NCBI GenBank assembly: GCA_032718475.1
Contig: JAUCBJ010009037.1
Location: 15,644-79,643 of the forward strand
From: Nemertoderma westbladi
Taxonomy: Eukaryota > Animalia > Xenacoelomorpha
Length of the DNA: 64,000 nt
Reading direction: 5' to 3'
A model generated the notes under the pieces. It ran no database searches and was not told where the DNA came from. It saw only the letters and a program-made list of their open reading frames with translations. Below are positions 1-12,807 of the stretch, one piece after another (positions within the stretch are counted from its first letter, which is position 1; each line of letters starts with the position of its first letter). The translations under genes were made by a program, and so were the position numbers.

Positions 1-127
1 TGCCCACGGGAGAAGAATTGTACCTACTCTAATCCTAGCACCGGGTGGACTCCACTTAAAATTAAATGGTATACACTTACATTTGCATTTATCCTGATCA
101 ACATTTGTACTTAATCGCAAGTTATAT

Positions 128-1600
128 TTAGCACAAAAAAATTTGACATAAATCGACCATATATTGCAATCCAACCACAGATGGGCACAATAACAGTACA
201 TCATCGGCGTATGCCAAAACACCAAAATAATAATTCCCTATAAAACAACCTACTTTGGAGTCACGTAGAGATTTAATTAGAATATTTAACACCAGAGCAA
301 ACAATGTCGGCGAGCAAACAGAACCCTGTCTGACCCCATTAGAAATTAAAAAATTAAAAGAGCTGCAATTCAACCATTTTACTGCACAAACTTGGTTTCT
401 GTATATAAAAATGAGGCACCTTAAATATAAAACTGAAAAACCCTTTTTTAATAGTTCAAGGAACAGCTTTGGCCATTCAACAAGGTCGAACGCTTTTGTA
501 AAATCTAACAAACAACCAAATACGGGCGATGAGTGTCTCATATAGTAATTGATTACTTCCGAAGCCGACCAGCTGCACATTACAGTACTAGAATTTGGAC
601 GGAACCCAAATTGTAAGTCATCAAAACATAACTTATCGCCTTCACTTAATAATAATACCCATTCAAAAATTTTCAGAATCAAAGAAGATATTGCAATTGC
701 ACGGTAATTCTTATCATCAGATATATCGCCTAATTTATTTTTAATGATCGGAATAATAGAAACCAATAAAAGACACTTTGACACCAATCCATGCGAAAGA
801 AAAGAGTTAAATAATATAGATAAATGATGTTCTAGAATATGGCCACCATTAATTAAAGACCCTGAGTCAAAACTATAACTGACATCTGATTTGGCGTTTT
901 TTAAACGCAACAATGCCTCGTGTATTATACGAGGCGACAATATCTCTCGATAACCTGCACAATTTGTACCCGATACATTATTGTTACCAATTAGGTTTCT
1001 AATTCTACAATTTATATCATTTTCGATATCATCAACACTTGTGTCACCGCTATAATTCTGATTGTACAATTCCTTGTAAATTTTGGCGAAGTTATTCGCA
1101 ATGTCACTTGGGTTATTAACACCATTTATTGATTCGCTAAGTACCTGTTGGTTACCGCGAAATTTTTTGATTTCATCAAAAAAGTTATTATTTCCGTTTA
1201 AGCACGCCTGTAAAATTCTATCGCGTTTGATGATATCTTGAGATTTCTTCAACCTACGAACTGCAAAATGATATTGTGCACGAGAAGTGCGACGCATATG
1301 AAATAAATAACTACCTGCACCAGTAGGTTTACCTGCAGCGCTCCACATATCGTGCCAAAACATCGAATTCGATTTAAAATCTTTTACTTGTTCATTCCAA
1401 CCAGGTATTATACCTTTATTACCTTGACGTTGATTTGTACCTTTCGTATTTGGCAGGCTAGACGCCGCATTATCAATTGCTTCTAAAATTTCCAAAACGT
1501 ATTTTTCAATCATTAAACGATGTTCAGGCTTAGTACATAATAAATCATTACACATATAGCACTGATTTTCCAATAAAATATCATTTAGGGATCTTTCCAA
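128..1600 (-). pseudogene. LINE ORF2 reverse transcriptase portion
   Basis: Motifs NYRAIAISS, QFGF, LDFTKAFD, GVRQGSVCSPTLF, LAYADD; the frame continues past 128 after a slip in a T run. Confidence 0.9.
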
Positions 1601-2451
1601 CTCGGAATGAAAAATATTTTTTTGCTACTAGCTTTGCCATAGCAATGCTTAATGGGTGGTTGAACTGCGGTCCCAACTGCATTAATACTATCAATGTTAA
1701 ACTTCAAATAAATGGGACTGTGGTTGGAGAGATTTTCCCCTGAATGTATTACATCGGCCTCTATACAAGCACTTACAATAGAATGACTGGCTATAAAGTG
1801 ATCGATAGTGGAGCGTTGAATTATATTATCAGACAAAAATTCGTAAGTATAGTCAATCGGAAATATATTCCATAAACAATGTAATAACATATCATCTAGA
1901 AATTCCTTCATATTACGCACATGTAATGAGTTTCGAAAAAAGTCTGCATTTAAATCACCAACCAATAGAACATTACTGCACTGAGACATCTGTATAATGT
2001 CTTTAATATCATTCAACAAAGTTAAATATTCGTCTGAGAGTGTAGCACTGTGCTGATTGTCCACCGGAAAATACGAATTAATTAATAACAGTTTCCTACC
2101 TGGCAAATTTAAAGAAATTGCCTGCAACCTTCTATTATTAGTTTTTATTACAGATACATATTTAGTAATTGATTTCTTCCATAATATGCAAAGTCCACCG
2201 CTAGGTCTCCCGCGGGTGACTTCATCATTAATGTAAGTCGCTGGTACAACACTATTATCGCAGTTCGGAAATATTTTTTTAAATTTATAACAATTACCAG
2301 ATAATAGAAAATGCTCCTGTAGGCACACAACATTAGAGCCCAATAATAGGGTATTTATAAAATCAACCTTAGCCAATCCCAAACCGGTTGGGTTATACGA
2401 GGCTACACAAAAAAGTTCAGTACTGTTAGGTAAGTTACTTTGTGACGCCAT
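1585..2451 (-). pseudogene. LINE ORF2 apurinic-like endonuclease portion
   Basis: Motifs ASYN, CLQEH, GRPSGG, NSYFP, GDLN, IDHF, SNHSP. Confidence 0.9.
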
Positions 2452-2488
2452 TGTTATTTATTATTGTCCGTATATTAACCTGATGTAC

Positions 2489-3385
2489 TTATTGCATAGA
2501 TTGTCCCATAGTGGAGTTGTTTCGAACCTGCCCGGAACCACCCCGACCGAAACTTCCAGTCTGCCTGGGTCGGTAGTCCCACTCGCGTACATAAACTCCG
2601 GTAGGCCATGTGGACGCACTGAAAGCAACGTCCAACTGGTTGGTATTGACCGAAACCCGGAAGCTCGCTGCTCTCGAATCTTGAACCGATACTTTTTTAA
2701 CACCTGAGATTGGAACTTTAACATTCTGTTTGGATAGACACTTGACAATATCGGCTTCTGTTGTCATTGGATGACACCGAAACACGAACATCTCCGTTGG
2801 GGCCGCACATAACCCACCCTCGGTTTCTCCCTCAGTCTTTCCGTTTGAACCGACAACCATACGGCCACGATTTCGATTATTACGCTGACGGCGCGACCTG
2901 GGTTCCTCCCAACGACCACCACCATCGTTATCCAACTCCTCCACCTCCTGTATATTCTCAGAATCAGAATTTCGTCGCGGACGTTTCACACTGCCTCGGA
3001 ACACCACTGCGGGTGAGGGAGAGCCAGACGGTGTCCCCCTCAACGGTGAGTAGTAGTTATTACTCTTCTGACCCAGATACCGATTACCGTATCTCCCCGA
3101 CTGTCCGTAGTTTACCGGCGGGTTATACCCTCTACCAGGAGCAGGCTGAACAGTAGATGGCTGCTGTGGCGGCCTATAGCTGACACCAGGTGGTTGCGGC
3201 ACCACAGACTGGCGCTGTCGTGATATAACAGCATTTCTGAACGAACGCTCCGTTGATGGCGGTGGCTGTAACAGTGGTAAGATATCGGTCCCGGAGGCAG
3301 TGCCGGTACCGGCACCAGCCTGTTCAGTACCGCTACCATTACTGTTGTTACTAGCGTTATGAATTGACTCACGCACCTTCACCAA
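2489..3385 (-). CDS. LINE ORF1 protein (5'-truncated), C-terminal RRM-like domain
   Basis: Lies just upstream of ORF2; C-terminus MFVFRCHP..SFRVSV..WPTGVYVREW resembles invertebrate LINE ORF1 domains; no ATG start. Confidence 0.7.
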   Translation of the reverse strand: MVKVRESIHNASNNSNGSGTEQAGAGTGTASGTDILPLLQPPPSTERSFRNAVISRQRQSVVPQPPGVSYRPPQQPSTVQPAPGRGYNPPVNYGQSGRYGNRYLGQKSNNYYSPLRGTPSGSPSPAVVFRGSVKRPRRNSDSENIQEVEELDNDGGGRWEEPRSRRQRNNRNRGRMVVGSNGKTEGETEGGLCAAPTEMFVFRCHPMTTEADIVKCLSKQNVKVPISGVKKVSVQDSRAASFRVSVNTNQLDVAFSASTWPTGVYVREWDYRPRQTGSFGRGGSGQVRNNSTMGQSMQ

Positions 3386-4457
3386 CTCGGCTACGAACGT
3401 GTTATTACGAACGAACTATGTTATTGTTGTAACTTAATGATAAAAACTATTTCAGTTGGAGTTTTACACGCCCATATAATGCAGTATAATCAAAAATATG
3501 TTAAATCAAAAAACCAAAGGTGTACATACATTTAAATCACTAGAGTATGTAGGAAAAATCAGATGGACATTCATATTGTACAGTAGGGGGCATTTATTAC
3601 AGCTACAGTAGCAATTCGTTAAGCAATTTCAACTATATATGTTATGGCAGGTCGTCCACGACTACGCTTTCCATGAGTTGGTTGCCAGAGAAGTAGATCT
3701 GGTATGACCTCGTCTTTACTTCGCCAGCAGTGCCCACTGAATCTTAATCTGCGTTCACAGAGGGTGGTTGATACAGGTGGTATTGTACCATAAAGCTCGG
3801 CGTTTGTCATGTGTTGTCTCCAGCTGATGTTTAGGGCTGCCCTTAGTAGTCTTGTGTAGCAACCATTAATTCGTTGTTCAAGTGATTTAGTCAGTGTCCA
3901 GGTCTCACCCCCGTATAAAAATACACTTTCCACTGTGGCTCGAAAGAACGTAGTCTTCAGGTGCCTGGAGAGATCTGATTTCCAGATGGTATCCATTTTT
4001 GATAGAGCTACCCAAGCCTTTGCTTTCCTAACTTCTATGTCCTTTTTGCTACTCTCTATCCATGATCCAAGGTACTGGAAGTCATCGACCTTCCTTAGTT
4101 GATTATTACCAATCATTGGTTGTCAAGTTTCCATCAACATTAAAGGTCATGAATTCGGTCTTGGTAGCATTTATATGCAATCCAACCTCCTTAGCAGCCC
4201 TCTCACACTTTATTTAGTAGAAGCTGTGCATCTGCTAGCGTATTAGAGAGCAGGGCGATGTCATCCGCAAAGTCGGTGTCTGTGACTGTAGTTGCCGGAT
4301 ATCTACTACTTCTGCATTCTTGAAGTGTGAATCCCAGATCTTCACCCTTTGTGGCCGTCCTCATTGCGTAATCCAGCACAATTACAAATAGTAATGGTGC
4401 TAATGTGTCACCTTGCAGTACACCAGCCAGGATTGAGAAAAAGTCAGTTTCACCATC

Positions 4458-5701
4458 TGTAAAAGCTTTTGCGGATATAACAAGCCATTTTTCTCCGCAA
4501 TATACTGTGTAGGTGTTTTAGCGGACATAACAAGCCATTTTTACCCACTATGTCTGCATGTGTGCTTTAGCGAACATAACAAGCCATTTTCTCCACAATG
4601 CGCTTAATACTCTAAAAGATGACTCAGATGACGCAATCTGTCAGCTGATTTACTGCCAACGCGGAACCTGAATCTCTCTTTGTTCTTTGTTCGGATCAGC
4701 CAATCAGAGCGATTTTCACTTTGTGTTGGACAGTGCCTACAGAAACCCACGCAATTCAGTCAGTGTGTATCTTTTCTAAGCCCAGAACACCGGCTTAGGA
4801 TTCTTCTGTACTTCTGTGGAAGTTTCAGACTTTTACCTAAACATCAGAAACATCAGATGGCTTTGATTACAAGAACGTAAAACTATTAACAATTCAACTG
4901 CTGAATCATTGCTGAATCATACTTCATATCTGAATCACTGAAACAACGCGGCACTACGCAACGCGATTCAACTACCGCATCACACCGCAATTCATGCATT
5001 GCTGCACATGGAACACTGCATAAGTGACACATACTGACTGTTCACCGCATTATTTGATTCTGTTATTAATTGGTGTTATGTTGGTATATATTGCTGATAT
5101 ATTTGGAGAATACCGATGAATAATCATAAAACCCTCAATCTTCTTGATTACTAAAGGTTAGAGGAACAGGTTTACCGGTAGCAACTGCGACTTACATTAT
5201 AGTGGTTTTTGTGTGAATTGAATGCTATTTCATAATCCCTACATGTGTCAGTTGCGATCCTCCTTATATATGATCAAATTCAGTGACGGTCGGCAGATCA
5301 GTGCGCAGTAGTGTGAACTAGTGTGAAGTAGTGTGAAGGTTAATAAAGCATCTCCTAAAGAATGCGCTTTTTACGAAACTCAGTAGCCATCCAGTTGTGA
5401 TTAGTATAAGTCATAACTCTGTTTTATACTTAAAGCGCCACGTCCTAAAGGAACTGTTAATATTCCCCCTGAAAGTAAATATATTGTCAGAGATTATATA
5501 TTAACGATCAATCGAATAATACAGTAGGTCTACACTGCAATCACTATCAAAGCATCCGAATCCAGTCTCCCTTAACTGTGGGTGAATGGTCGCGCACAGG
5601 CTGGCTTCGGCTGATGTAACTTCAGTACATTAAATAATTGATATACAAAAAGACAATTAAAATTGGCAGGTTAAACTGCTAAAGGTCTAAAAGCGCGAAC
5701 A
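4458..5701 (+). mobile_element. Solo LTR related to the BEL/Pao element at 37531-56272
   Basis: TGTAAAAGC...GCGCGAACA ends; 5-bp TSD CCATC at 4453-4457 and 5702-5706; shares many blocks with the full-length LTRs. Confidence 0.9.
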
Positions 5702-6183
5702 CCATCTGGTGAGAGTACCTGCGCTTCTGTGTCACAATATAACAATCCAATGCTAGCAACAATTACTTCTGGTATTCCATAAGCTCTTAGGATTTCAAGC
5801 ATTTTACTTCTATGGATGGAGTCGAATGCCTTCTTGAAGTCCACAAAAGTCATGACTGCGGGGAGATTCTTTGACTTAATTCCTTCAATCAGTCTCCGTA
5901 GTGCAAGTATCTTTTGAGCTATTGTTGATCTACTTGGTCGAAATCCGTTTTGGCTCTTACGCAGTAGTTTCTCTATGTGAGGCCTAATCCTATATAGAAT
6001 CATTTTATTGTATATTTTGGCAGCTACCACAAGCAGACAGATCCCACGATAGTTTGTTGGTATGCCGAGGTCTCCTTTCTTGGGGAGAGGCTTTAGTTGA
6101 CCTTTAGTCCAAATTGGTGGTGGCTTTTCCCCTTTTAACATCCAGTTGCAAACATTCAATAATGGTCTATTTAGCACTCCGGT

Positions 6184-7366
6184 TGTTCGCGCTTTCAGAC
6201 CTTTAGCAGTTTAACCTGCCAATTTTAGGTGTCCTCTTGTTTATAAATCGACTTTAGCCTATAACAATTATTTAATGCACATGAAGTAACATTAGCCGAA
6301 GCCAGTCTATGCGCGATCATTCACCCACAGTTAAGGGAGACTGGATTCGGATGCTTTGACCTTATTGCGGTGTAGACCTACTGTATTATTCGATTGATCA
6401 CTACTATATAATCTCTGACAATATTATTCACTTTCGGGGAAATATTAACAGTTCCTTTAGGACGTGGCACTTTAAGTATAAAACAGAGTTATGACTTATA
6501 CTAAACACAATGGGATGGCTACTGATTTTCGTAAATAGCGCATTCTTTAGGAGATGCTTTATTATCTGTCACACTGCTGCATACGATTTCACACTGCTGC
6601 ACACTGATCTGCCAACCGTCACTGAATTTGATCATATATAAGGAGGATAGCAACTGACACATGTAGGGATTATGAAATAGCATTTAATGCACACTAAAAC
6701 CACTGTAATATAAGTCGCAATTGCTACCGGCAACCGGTCCCTCTAACCTTTAGTAATCAAGAAGATTGGGGGTTTTATGATTATTTATCGATATTCTCCC
6801 AATATAACAACATATCCATCAACATATAACATTAATAACAGACAGTAAACAGAAGTACAATAATGCGGTGATATTCAGCCAGTATCGGTAGTACCGGTAC
6901 CGCAGTTACAGGTGCAGTATCAAAGTTGTTCAGTCAGTGCAGACTGCAGATAATAGATTTACGTTCTTATAATCAAGGCCGTCTAATGTTGGCCAAAGTC
7001 TGAAACTTATACCGAAGTACAGAAGAATCCTAAGCCGGTGTTCTGGGCTGTTTGGTGTTTGATACACACTAACTGAATTGCGTGGGTTTCTGTAGGCACT
7101 GTCCAACACAAGTGAAAATCGCTCTGATTGGCCGATCAGAACAAAGAACAAAGAAAAGCTCCACGCTGGCAGCAAATCAGCTGACAGATTTCTGAAACTA
7201 CACTCTATTTAGAGTATTTGGCGTATTGCGGCATAAAATGGCTTGTTATGTCCGCTAAAACACCTACAGGGTACATTGCGGAGAAAATAGCTTGTTATGT
7301 CCGCTAAAACAACTAAACAGTTAATTGCGGAGAAAATGACTGGTTATATCCGCAAAAGCTTTTACA
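6184..7366 (-). mobile_element. Second solo LTR of the same group, opposite orientation
   Basis: TGTTCGCGC...GCTTTTACA on the plus strand; 5-bp TSD CCGGT at 6179-6183 and 7367-7371. Confidence 0.9.
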
Positions 7367-9849
7367 CCGGTTTTCCATACCTCCGCTGGGATTTCATCTA
7401 ATCCACTCGCTTTATTATTGGACATGCTTTTAATGCTTCTTTGGAGTTCGGCAGGTGTGAAGTCCCCTGTTTCTATAGGTATTGTCTTGTCATATATTTT
7501 CCTTGTAGGGCTGACCTCGATGTTTGGTGGCTGCCCAAGCAAGTTGCTGAAGTGATTTTTCCACTTCCCAACACGTTCTTCAGGACTATCGGCTTTGAGG
7601 CGCCCTTTTGCACAACTTTCCCGACCAGATACCTCATTTACAGTTTGCCAGGTAAGTCTTGATTGTTGCTGTATGTGAGCAGTTGTAATTGCTTCAGTTT
7701 TTCAGAATTAACTTCAGAATTAACCTAACTTTGTATTAAATTTGAGGTAATTCCAAAATTGGGTCTATAATTTGAAATTTGAGGTATTCTCAAATTTGAT
7801 GATCTCCCTGACTGCCCGGACCAGGTATGGCATGAACAGATGAAGGAGGTGTTTACTTGCGTAGCACGCACCCCAACTGTCAGCCAACCTGCATGAATAC
7901 TAACTCAACCAGTCAACTGACTGAACTAACTTCTATAAAAACAATAAAAGATCGAGTTAGTACGGAGGTGATTTCCGCCATTTACTACTTTATCGAGTAT
8001 TTTTTTTCATTTTGTTTTCGAAAGTAAGTATTTTTTTCATTTTTTTCAGTGAGTATTTTTCATTTTTTTGAAAGTATTTTTTTCATTATTTTCAATAGGA
8101 AGTATTTTTTTCATTTTTTGAAAGTATTTTTATAATTTTTCTCAAGAGTAAGTACCGGTATTTTTTTTATTTTTTTTGAAAGTATTTTTTTCATTTTTTT
8201 ACAGTATTTTTTCATTTTTTTTTCGAAAGTATCTGTTTCATTCTTTATGTGTAGTGATTTCAGGCTTTTAGTTTTATTTCCTATTCATATGCACATGCAG
8301 TAGGCCTATAGTAATGTGGTAATGTACAGTACAGCAGTGGGACCAGGGCTGGCAAAGTAGGTTTTCTAGTTTTGTAAACGTAGGTTTTTGTCGATTTTTG
8401 TCAAAAACCTAAAATTTGAAAAATGCCTAAAACTAGGTTTTTAGGTTTTTGATCACAATAAACAAAAAAGAGCCAAATCAGTAGGGAACACATGCCCGAA
8501 ATGGCAGCACAGGCGCACTGCCATTTTTGAAAATTGCACTGCCATATTAGGCAGTTTTACCCTAAATTTTGTATAAAATTTCAATTTTTATACACTTCCT
8601 GCAGGAAGGGCCCCACTTTTATTTCATTGGATGAAAATATGATATATATTGGAGGTAAATTCAAAATTCGGTAGAGTTTCATGGTTGGGTTTCAGAGATA
8701 TTTTACATTAAAAATTGTTAGTCCAAAACATGCACTGCCTAAAATGGCAGTGCAAAACAGCCCTCCATATTTTCTGTTAACTTTATTAGGATGACCTTAC
8801 GTTTTCAGCCAATAGGAGGCCAATTACTCAGGTTACCTTCAGATCATGTGGTATGGCTGCTGCTTCCACTACAGCACTAGTATTTACATATAATATTTAC
8901 ACATAATAATTTACACATAATAATTTAGTAGGTAATATATAATATATAAGTCAGTAAGTAATACATAAGTACAGTATATTATTGCAAGAAGTGCTATATT
9001 TTGATTTACCGGTCAGTCGGTAGTATCATGAATGTCAGTGTGTTACTATTTTTGTGATTAACATATTGGTAATTTTTTTATTCTGTTCCATTTAATTATT
9101 TGTTTGCCTATTATTTTAATATACTTTTAGTTGCATTTGATTTACAGTATAGCATATTTACAATTTCCTTTAGAGGCTGTGAGCGTGGGAAGTGATAGAT
9201 TCATAATAAATTGTTTAGGGATATGTTTGTATCTGACATATAATAAACTAAATAAAGGAATAATACATTGCCGATATCTTACATGTATAACTACTGACTA
9301 CTGTACTGTAGTAAACTCAGTATTTTAATCTAATAGGCCTTCAATTATATTATATTGTATTACTATATCTTATTTTTTTATTTATTATATTCTTACGATG
9401 GAAGATGATGAAGAAGCACTTCTAATTTTTAATGATATCCAATGTGAACAGTACGAAATACAAAATAGCATTACCAATACTACAGTTGAAAATGAATTTA
9501 ATGATTCGGAGGAGGGTGAGGAAGCTGTTATGCAAACTATATCAGACAATGCTCTACAGTTGGTACTTGAAAGCGAATATGTAATGACTCGCGGCAAGAA
9601 CCAGACGATGACTGGCAGCCAGAGGTAGAAGGCTCAAGTGAAAGTAGCAATGATACATTGGTGTTGGGGAATCATGGCCGCCTGTGGACATTCTCCGAAC
9701 TGTATAGAGGATGTGAAGGAATTGAGGAGGGGAATGCTGATGCTGGTGTTGGAGGGATTGTGGTGGGTGGTAGTGGAGCTGAAGGGATTGTGGCAAGTAA
9801 TGGTCCAGGGGACAGGATTGTGGTGGGTAATGCTGGAGGTGAGGTAGAA

Positions 9850-11478
9850 TAAAACGTCTGTCCTTATCTGATCTGATCTGATCTGACGGTATCTGATCCT
9901 ACAACCAATCAGGAGAAAGATATATAATATTTACCTAACTGTCTGTTAGGTAAATAGCCAATAGCTGAATAGGGGATCACGTTTCACGTTGCCTGTTTAT
10001 TTATCAGTATTATCATATGACGTGGCAGTACAGGCATACCGGTATGCATCTAATGCACAAAGGCATATTATTATATATTAAAAATGCGATATAGGATGAA
10101 AGATGGCAGGATTGTCCCAGCAAAGATGGATAGTTTCAGATGTAAACAACTTTCGTAGATTTAGTTGGTGTTGAAACATTAAACATTTATTAAAAACAAT
10201 ACAGCCTTTGCTGCAATATTTTCGTAAATCTTTCTTGTTAACCCTATTACCTTACCACTGGGGTGTTTTGACCATTAGCACCACTGGGGGGGGGGGGGGG
10301 GATTCGGCCCACCCACTTTATTTTTGTAATCGTCCAATGAAATCCTACAAAATTTGGGCTGTTGGTGAAACAACTATAGATGAACACTCCCTACCAAACC
10401 TTAAAAAGTTAAAATTTCATAAGTAGGGACTCATAATTTTGATGAAAAATAAAGGTAATCGAATGTGATTATATTCCATTTCCAAAAATTGAAGTGGATG
10501 CTATTTTTCGTGCACCTAAGAAGTGGGTGTGGCACTTCAAATTTTGAAAAATTAGATATTCAGAAAATGCCCCTAATTTTTTACTTCAACGCATCTTTAT
10601 AGGTTTTCTGGGCCGCTGAATCGATTGAAAGTAATATAGAAGCCTGAAGACTTAGAGGTTAGCCATTTTTTGAAATCAAAACTTTTTGAAAAAAGATAAA
10701 TTTAATAAAAAATCGACCGAAAAGTGAAATCCTGGTATTCTTTACATGGGCGAAGAATACCAGACTTTATGCCGTTATATTTCACTTTGCAGTTACCCCC
10801 ATGTGAAGAATACCAGGTTTTCACCAAAAACACAGGTTACAGAACGGCTGAATATAACCAAAACAATAAACGAATTAGTATATTTACAGGTTATAAGACA
10901 TAAATAAGCTCTATAATACACTCAATAAAGATAAATTAAAAAATAATTAAAATCTTCAAATATAAAATTCCAGTAAAAGTCGACTGAAAAGTGAAGTCCT
11001 GGTATTCTTCACATGGGCGGTATTCTTCACATGGACCGACACCAAAATTTGGCACCAGCCGCTAAAAACAAATTTAAGATTTCTAGCTTATTTTATTTGA
11101 ATTCCTTTTAGTTCGTTTCAGTTAGTCTTTTAGTTAGTATCGTTAGTTTCAGAGCGAGAGGTGTTATATTGACCCCCCCCCCGGATTTAAGGGGAATACC
11201 GGGGAAACTTCACATACTGGTCGACAAGGGCAGAAAATCCAGTACTCATTTAGCTACCATTTAAGGGTGCAAGGCAGAGATGCCTCGCTAAACCCTTCAA
11301 AACATTCGTGCCGAAACGAAAACTACCTTGGCCCCCACGCCGGGGTTGAACCCACAACCTCCGAGATATGTGAATTCAATATAACCACTACACCAAGGTG
11401 CGCTCTGAACCAAGGTGGAACAAGTGTCAGATACCGTCAGATCAGATCAGATCAGATCAGATAAGGACAGACGTTTTA
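9850..11478. mobile_element. MITE-like insertion with ~47-bp TIRs containing (TCTGA)n
   Basis: TAAAACGTCTGTCCTTATCTGATCTGATCTGATCTGACGGTATCTGA and its reverse complement; possible TA TSD. Confidence 0.75.
11190..11403 (-). mobile_element. tRNA-derived SINE fragment
   Basis: A-box TGGTGTAGTGG and B-box GGTTCAACCC followed by a non-tRNA body; cloverleaf is degenerate. Confidence 0.6.
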
Positions 11479-11559
11479 GCCATCCTAGCTGGAGGTTATG
11501 GTATTGTGTCTGGTTGTAGTGGAGTTGAAGTGATTGTGGTGGGTTATAATGGAGGTGAA

Positions 11560-11970
11560 GGGATTGTGACGGGTGGTAGTGATGGGATTGTGGCAGGTGG
11601 TAGTGATGGGATTGTGGCAGGTGGTAATGATGGGATTGTGGCAGGTGGTAGTGATGGGATTATGGCGGGTGGTAGTGATGGAATTGTGGCAGGTGGTAGT
11701 GATGGGATTGTGGCAGGTGGTAGTGATGGGATTATGGCGGGTGGTAGTGATGGGATTGTGGCAGGTGGTAGTGATGGGATTGTGGCAGGTGGTAGTGATG
11801 GGATTGTGGCAGGTGGAAGTGATGGGATTGTGGCAGGTGGTATTGATGGGATTATGGCGGGTGGTAGTGATGGGATTGTGGCAGGTGGTAGTGATGGGAT
11901 TGTGGCAGGTGGTAGTGATAGGATTGTGGCAGGTGGTAGTGGATGTGATAGGATTGTGGCGAGTGGTAGT
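11560..11970 (+). repeat. 24-bp tandem repeat GGGATTGTGGCAGGTGGTAGTGAT, about 16 copies
   Basis: Directly visible; encodes GIVAGGSD in the pseudogene frame. Confidence 0.95.
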
Positions 11971-12312
11971 GGGGGGGAATATGGTTGATAGGAGTGGAGG
12001 TGGAAGAAAAATACGTCAGAAAATAACAGACCTCAAATATATAGAAAAACCGAATTCACGTTCTAGCACTAATCATAAACGAAAGGGCACGTTAGTTGAG
12101 AAGGCAAATGAGTTAGATAGATTAACTCACACTGGAACTGATTTGCTTTTTTTTATCGTACCTGGAAAATAAAAAAAAATATAAGCTAACTGTCAAATCA
12201 TCTACTCCAACAATTGATTCTAACAAAGAACCCCGCTCAATTCTAGGTGCGATTAACATGGATGTTATTAATAACACTATGTTTGAGACGCAAGCAGATG
12301 CACTGAAGACCT

Positions 12313-12807
12313 TTATGGAAGCTGGAAGCACAATGGTCCAATAAAATTGCTATTATGTAGGTAACATAACTGCTCCACTGATTTTATAATATTAAATTTT
12401 TTAGAGTTTGAAATATCAGGAAAGCACGAAAACGAAATGCCTGATAAATTGCAACAAAATTCGATTACAAATTCGTCAACCATTTTAATAATTTCATCTA
12501 GGGGAGGAAAATATCGGTACAATCCATTTAAAGATGTGACAGTTTTATCTAAGGAGTCAATGATCTTATTACTAAAGCTGTCCATAGAATATGTGGCTGC
12601 TGAAAGTGATAATTTCCCATCCTGGTAACATCCTTTACAAATATAACTCGCCCGCGATTTTAGAGTCTTACTTTCTATTAAATGGCTAATTATCTTTTTA
12701 TTAAATTTTCCATAAGTTTTTTCTGTTAATCGTATAAGTGATGCATTTGCGTCATCTTCGGCCTTACCACATGATCCACAAGATTTCTTATATAATGCCA
12801 TCAGCAT
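12313..12807 (-). pseudogene. Truncated Cys-rich ORF, possibly the N-terminus of the element's transposase
   Basis: CGSC...ICKGC zinc-binding pattern; points inward from the right TIR; ends abruptly where it meets the plus-strand gene. Confidence 0.4.

Larger units (their letters stand above)
1..3415 (-). mobile_element. Non-LTR retrotransposon (APE-type LINE with ORF1 and ORF2), frameshifted, runs off the left edge
   Basis: ORF1, APE endonuclease and RT ORFs in order on the minus strand; frameshifts in homopolymer runs near 135-141 and 1617-1623. Confidence 0.9.
3619..7700 (-). mobile_element. RTE-like LINE remnant split by two solo LTRs
   Basis: Fragments read in order: KASGLDEIPAEVWKTG | LPKKGDL..NYRGI..QNGFR..DFKKAFDS..VLSPDG | GVLQGDTLAP, FADD, FQYLGS, RRLRFSGHCWR. 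Confidence 0.9.
9398..12344 (+). pseudogene. Disrupted gene: acidic N-terminus, Gly-rich GIVAGGSD repeats, MADS-box-like domain
   Basis: ORF pieces 9398-9628, 9658-9852, ~11479-11988 and 11981-12172 can be joined across frameshifts and a MITE; KYIEKPNSRSSTNHKRKGTLVEKANELDRLT resembles the SRF-type MADS core. Confidence 0.55.

Noticed and set aside
4458-7366. One element with long inverted repeats (DIRS-like or TIR) carrying an RT
   Set aside because: Each repeat has its own TSD, and the RT between them is continuous with the flanking RTE LINE
11329-11403. tRNA gene
   Set aside because: A and B boxes are present but acceptor and anticodon stems do not pair; better explained as a SINE head
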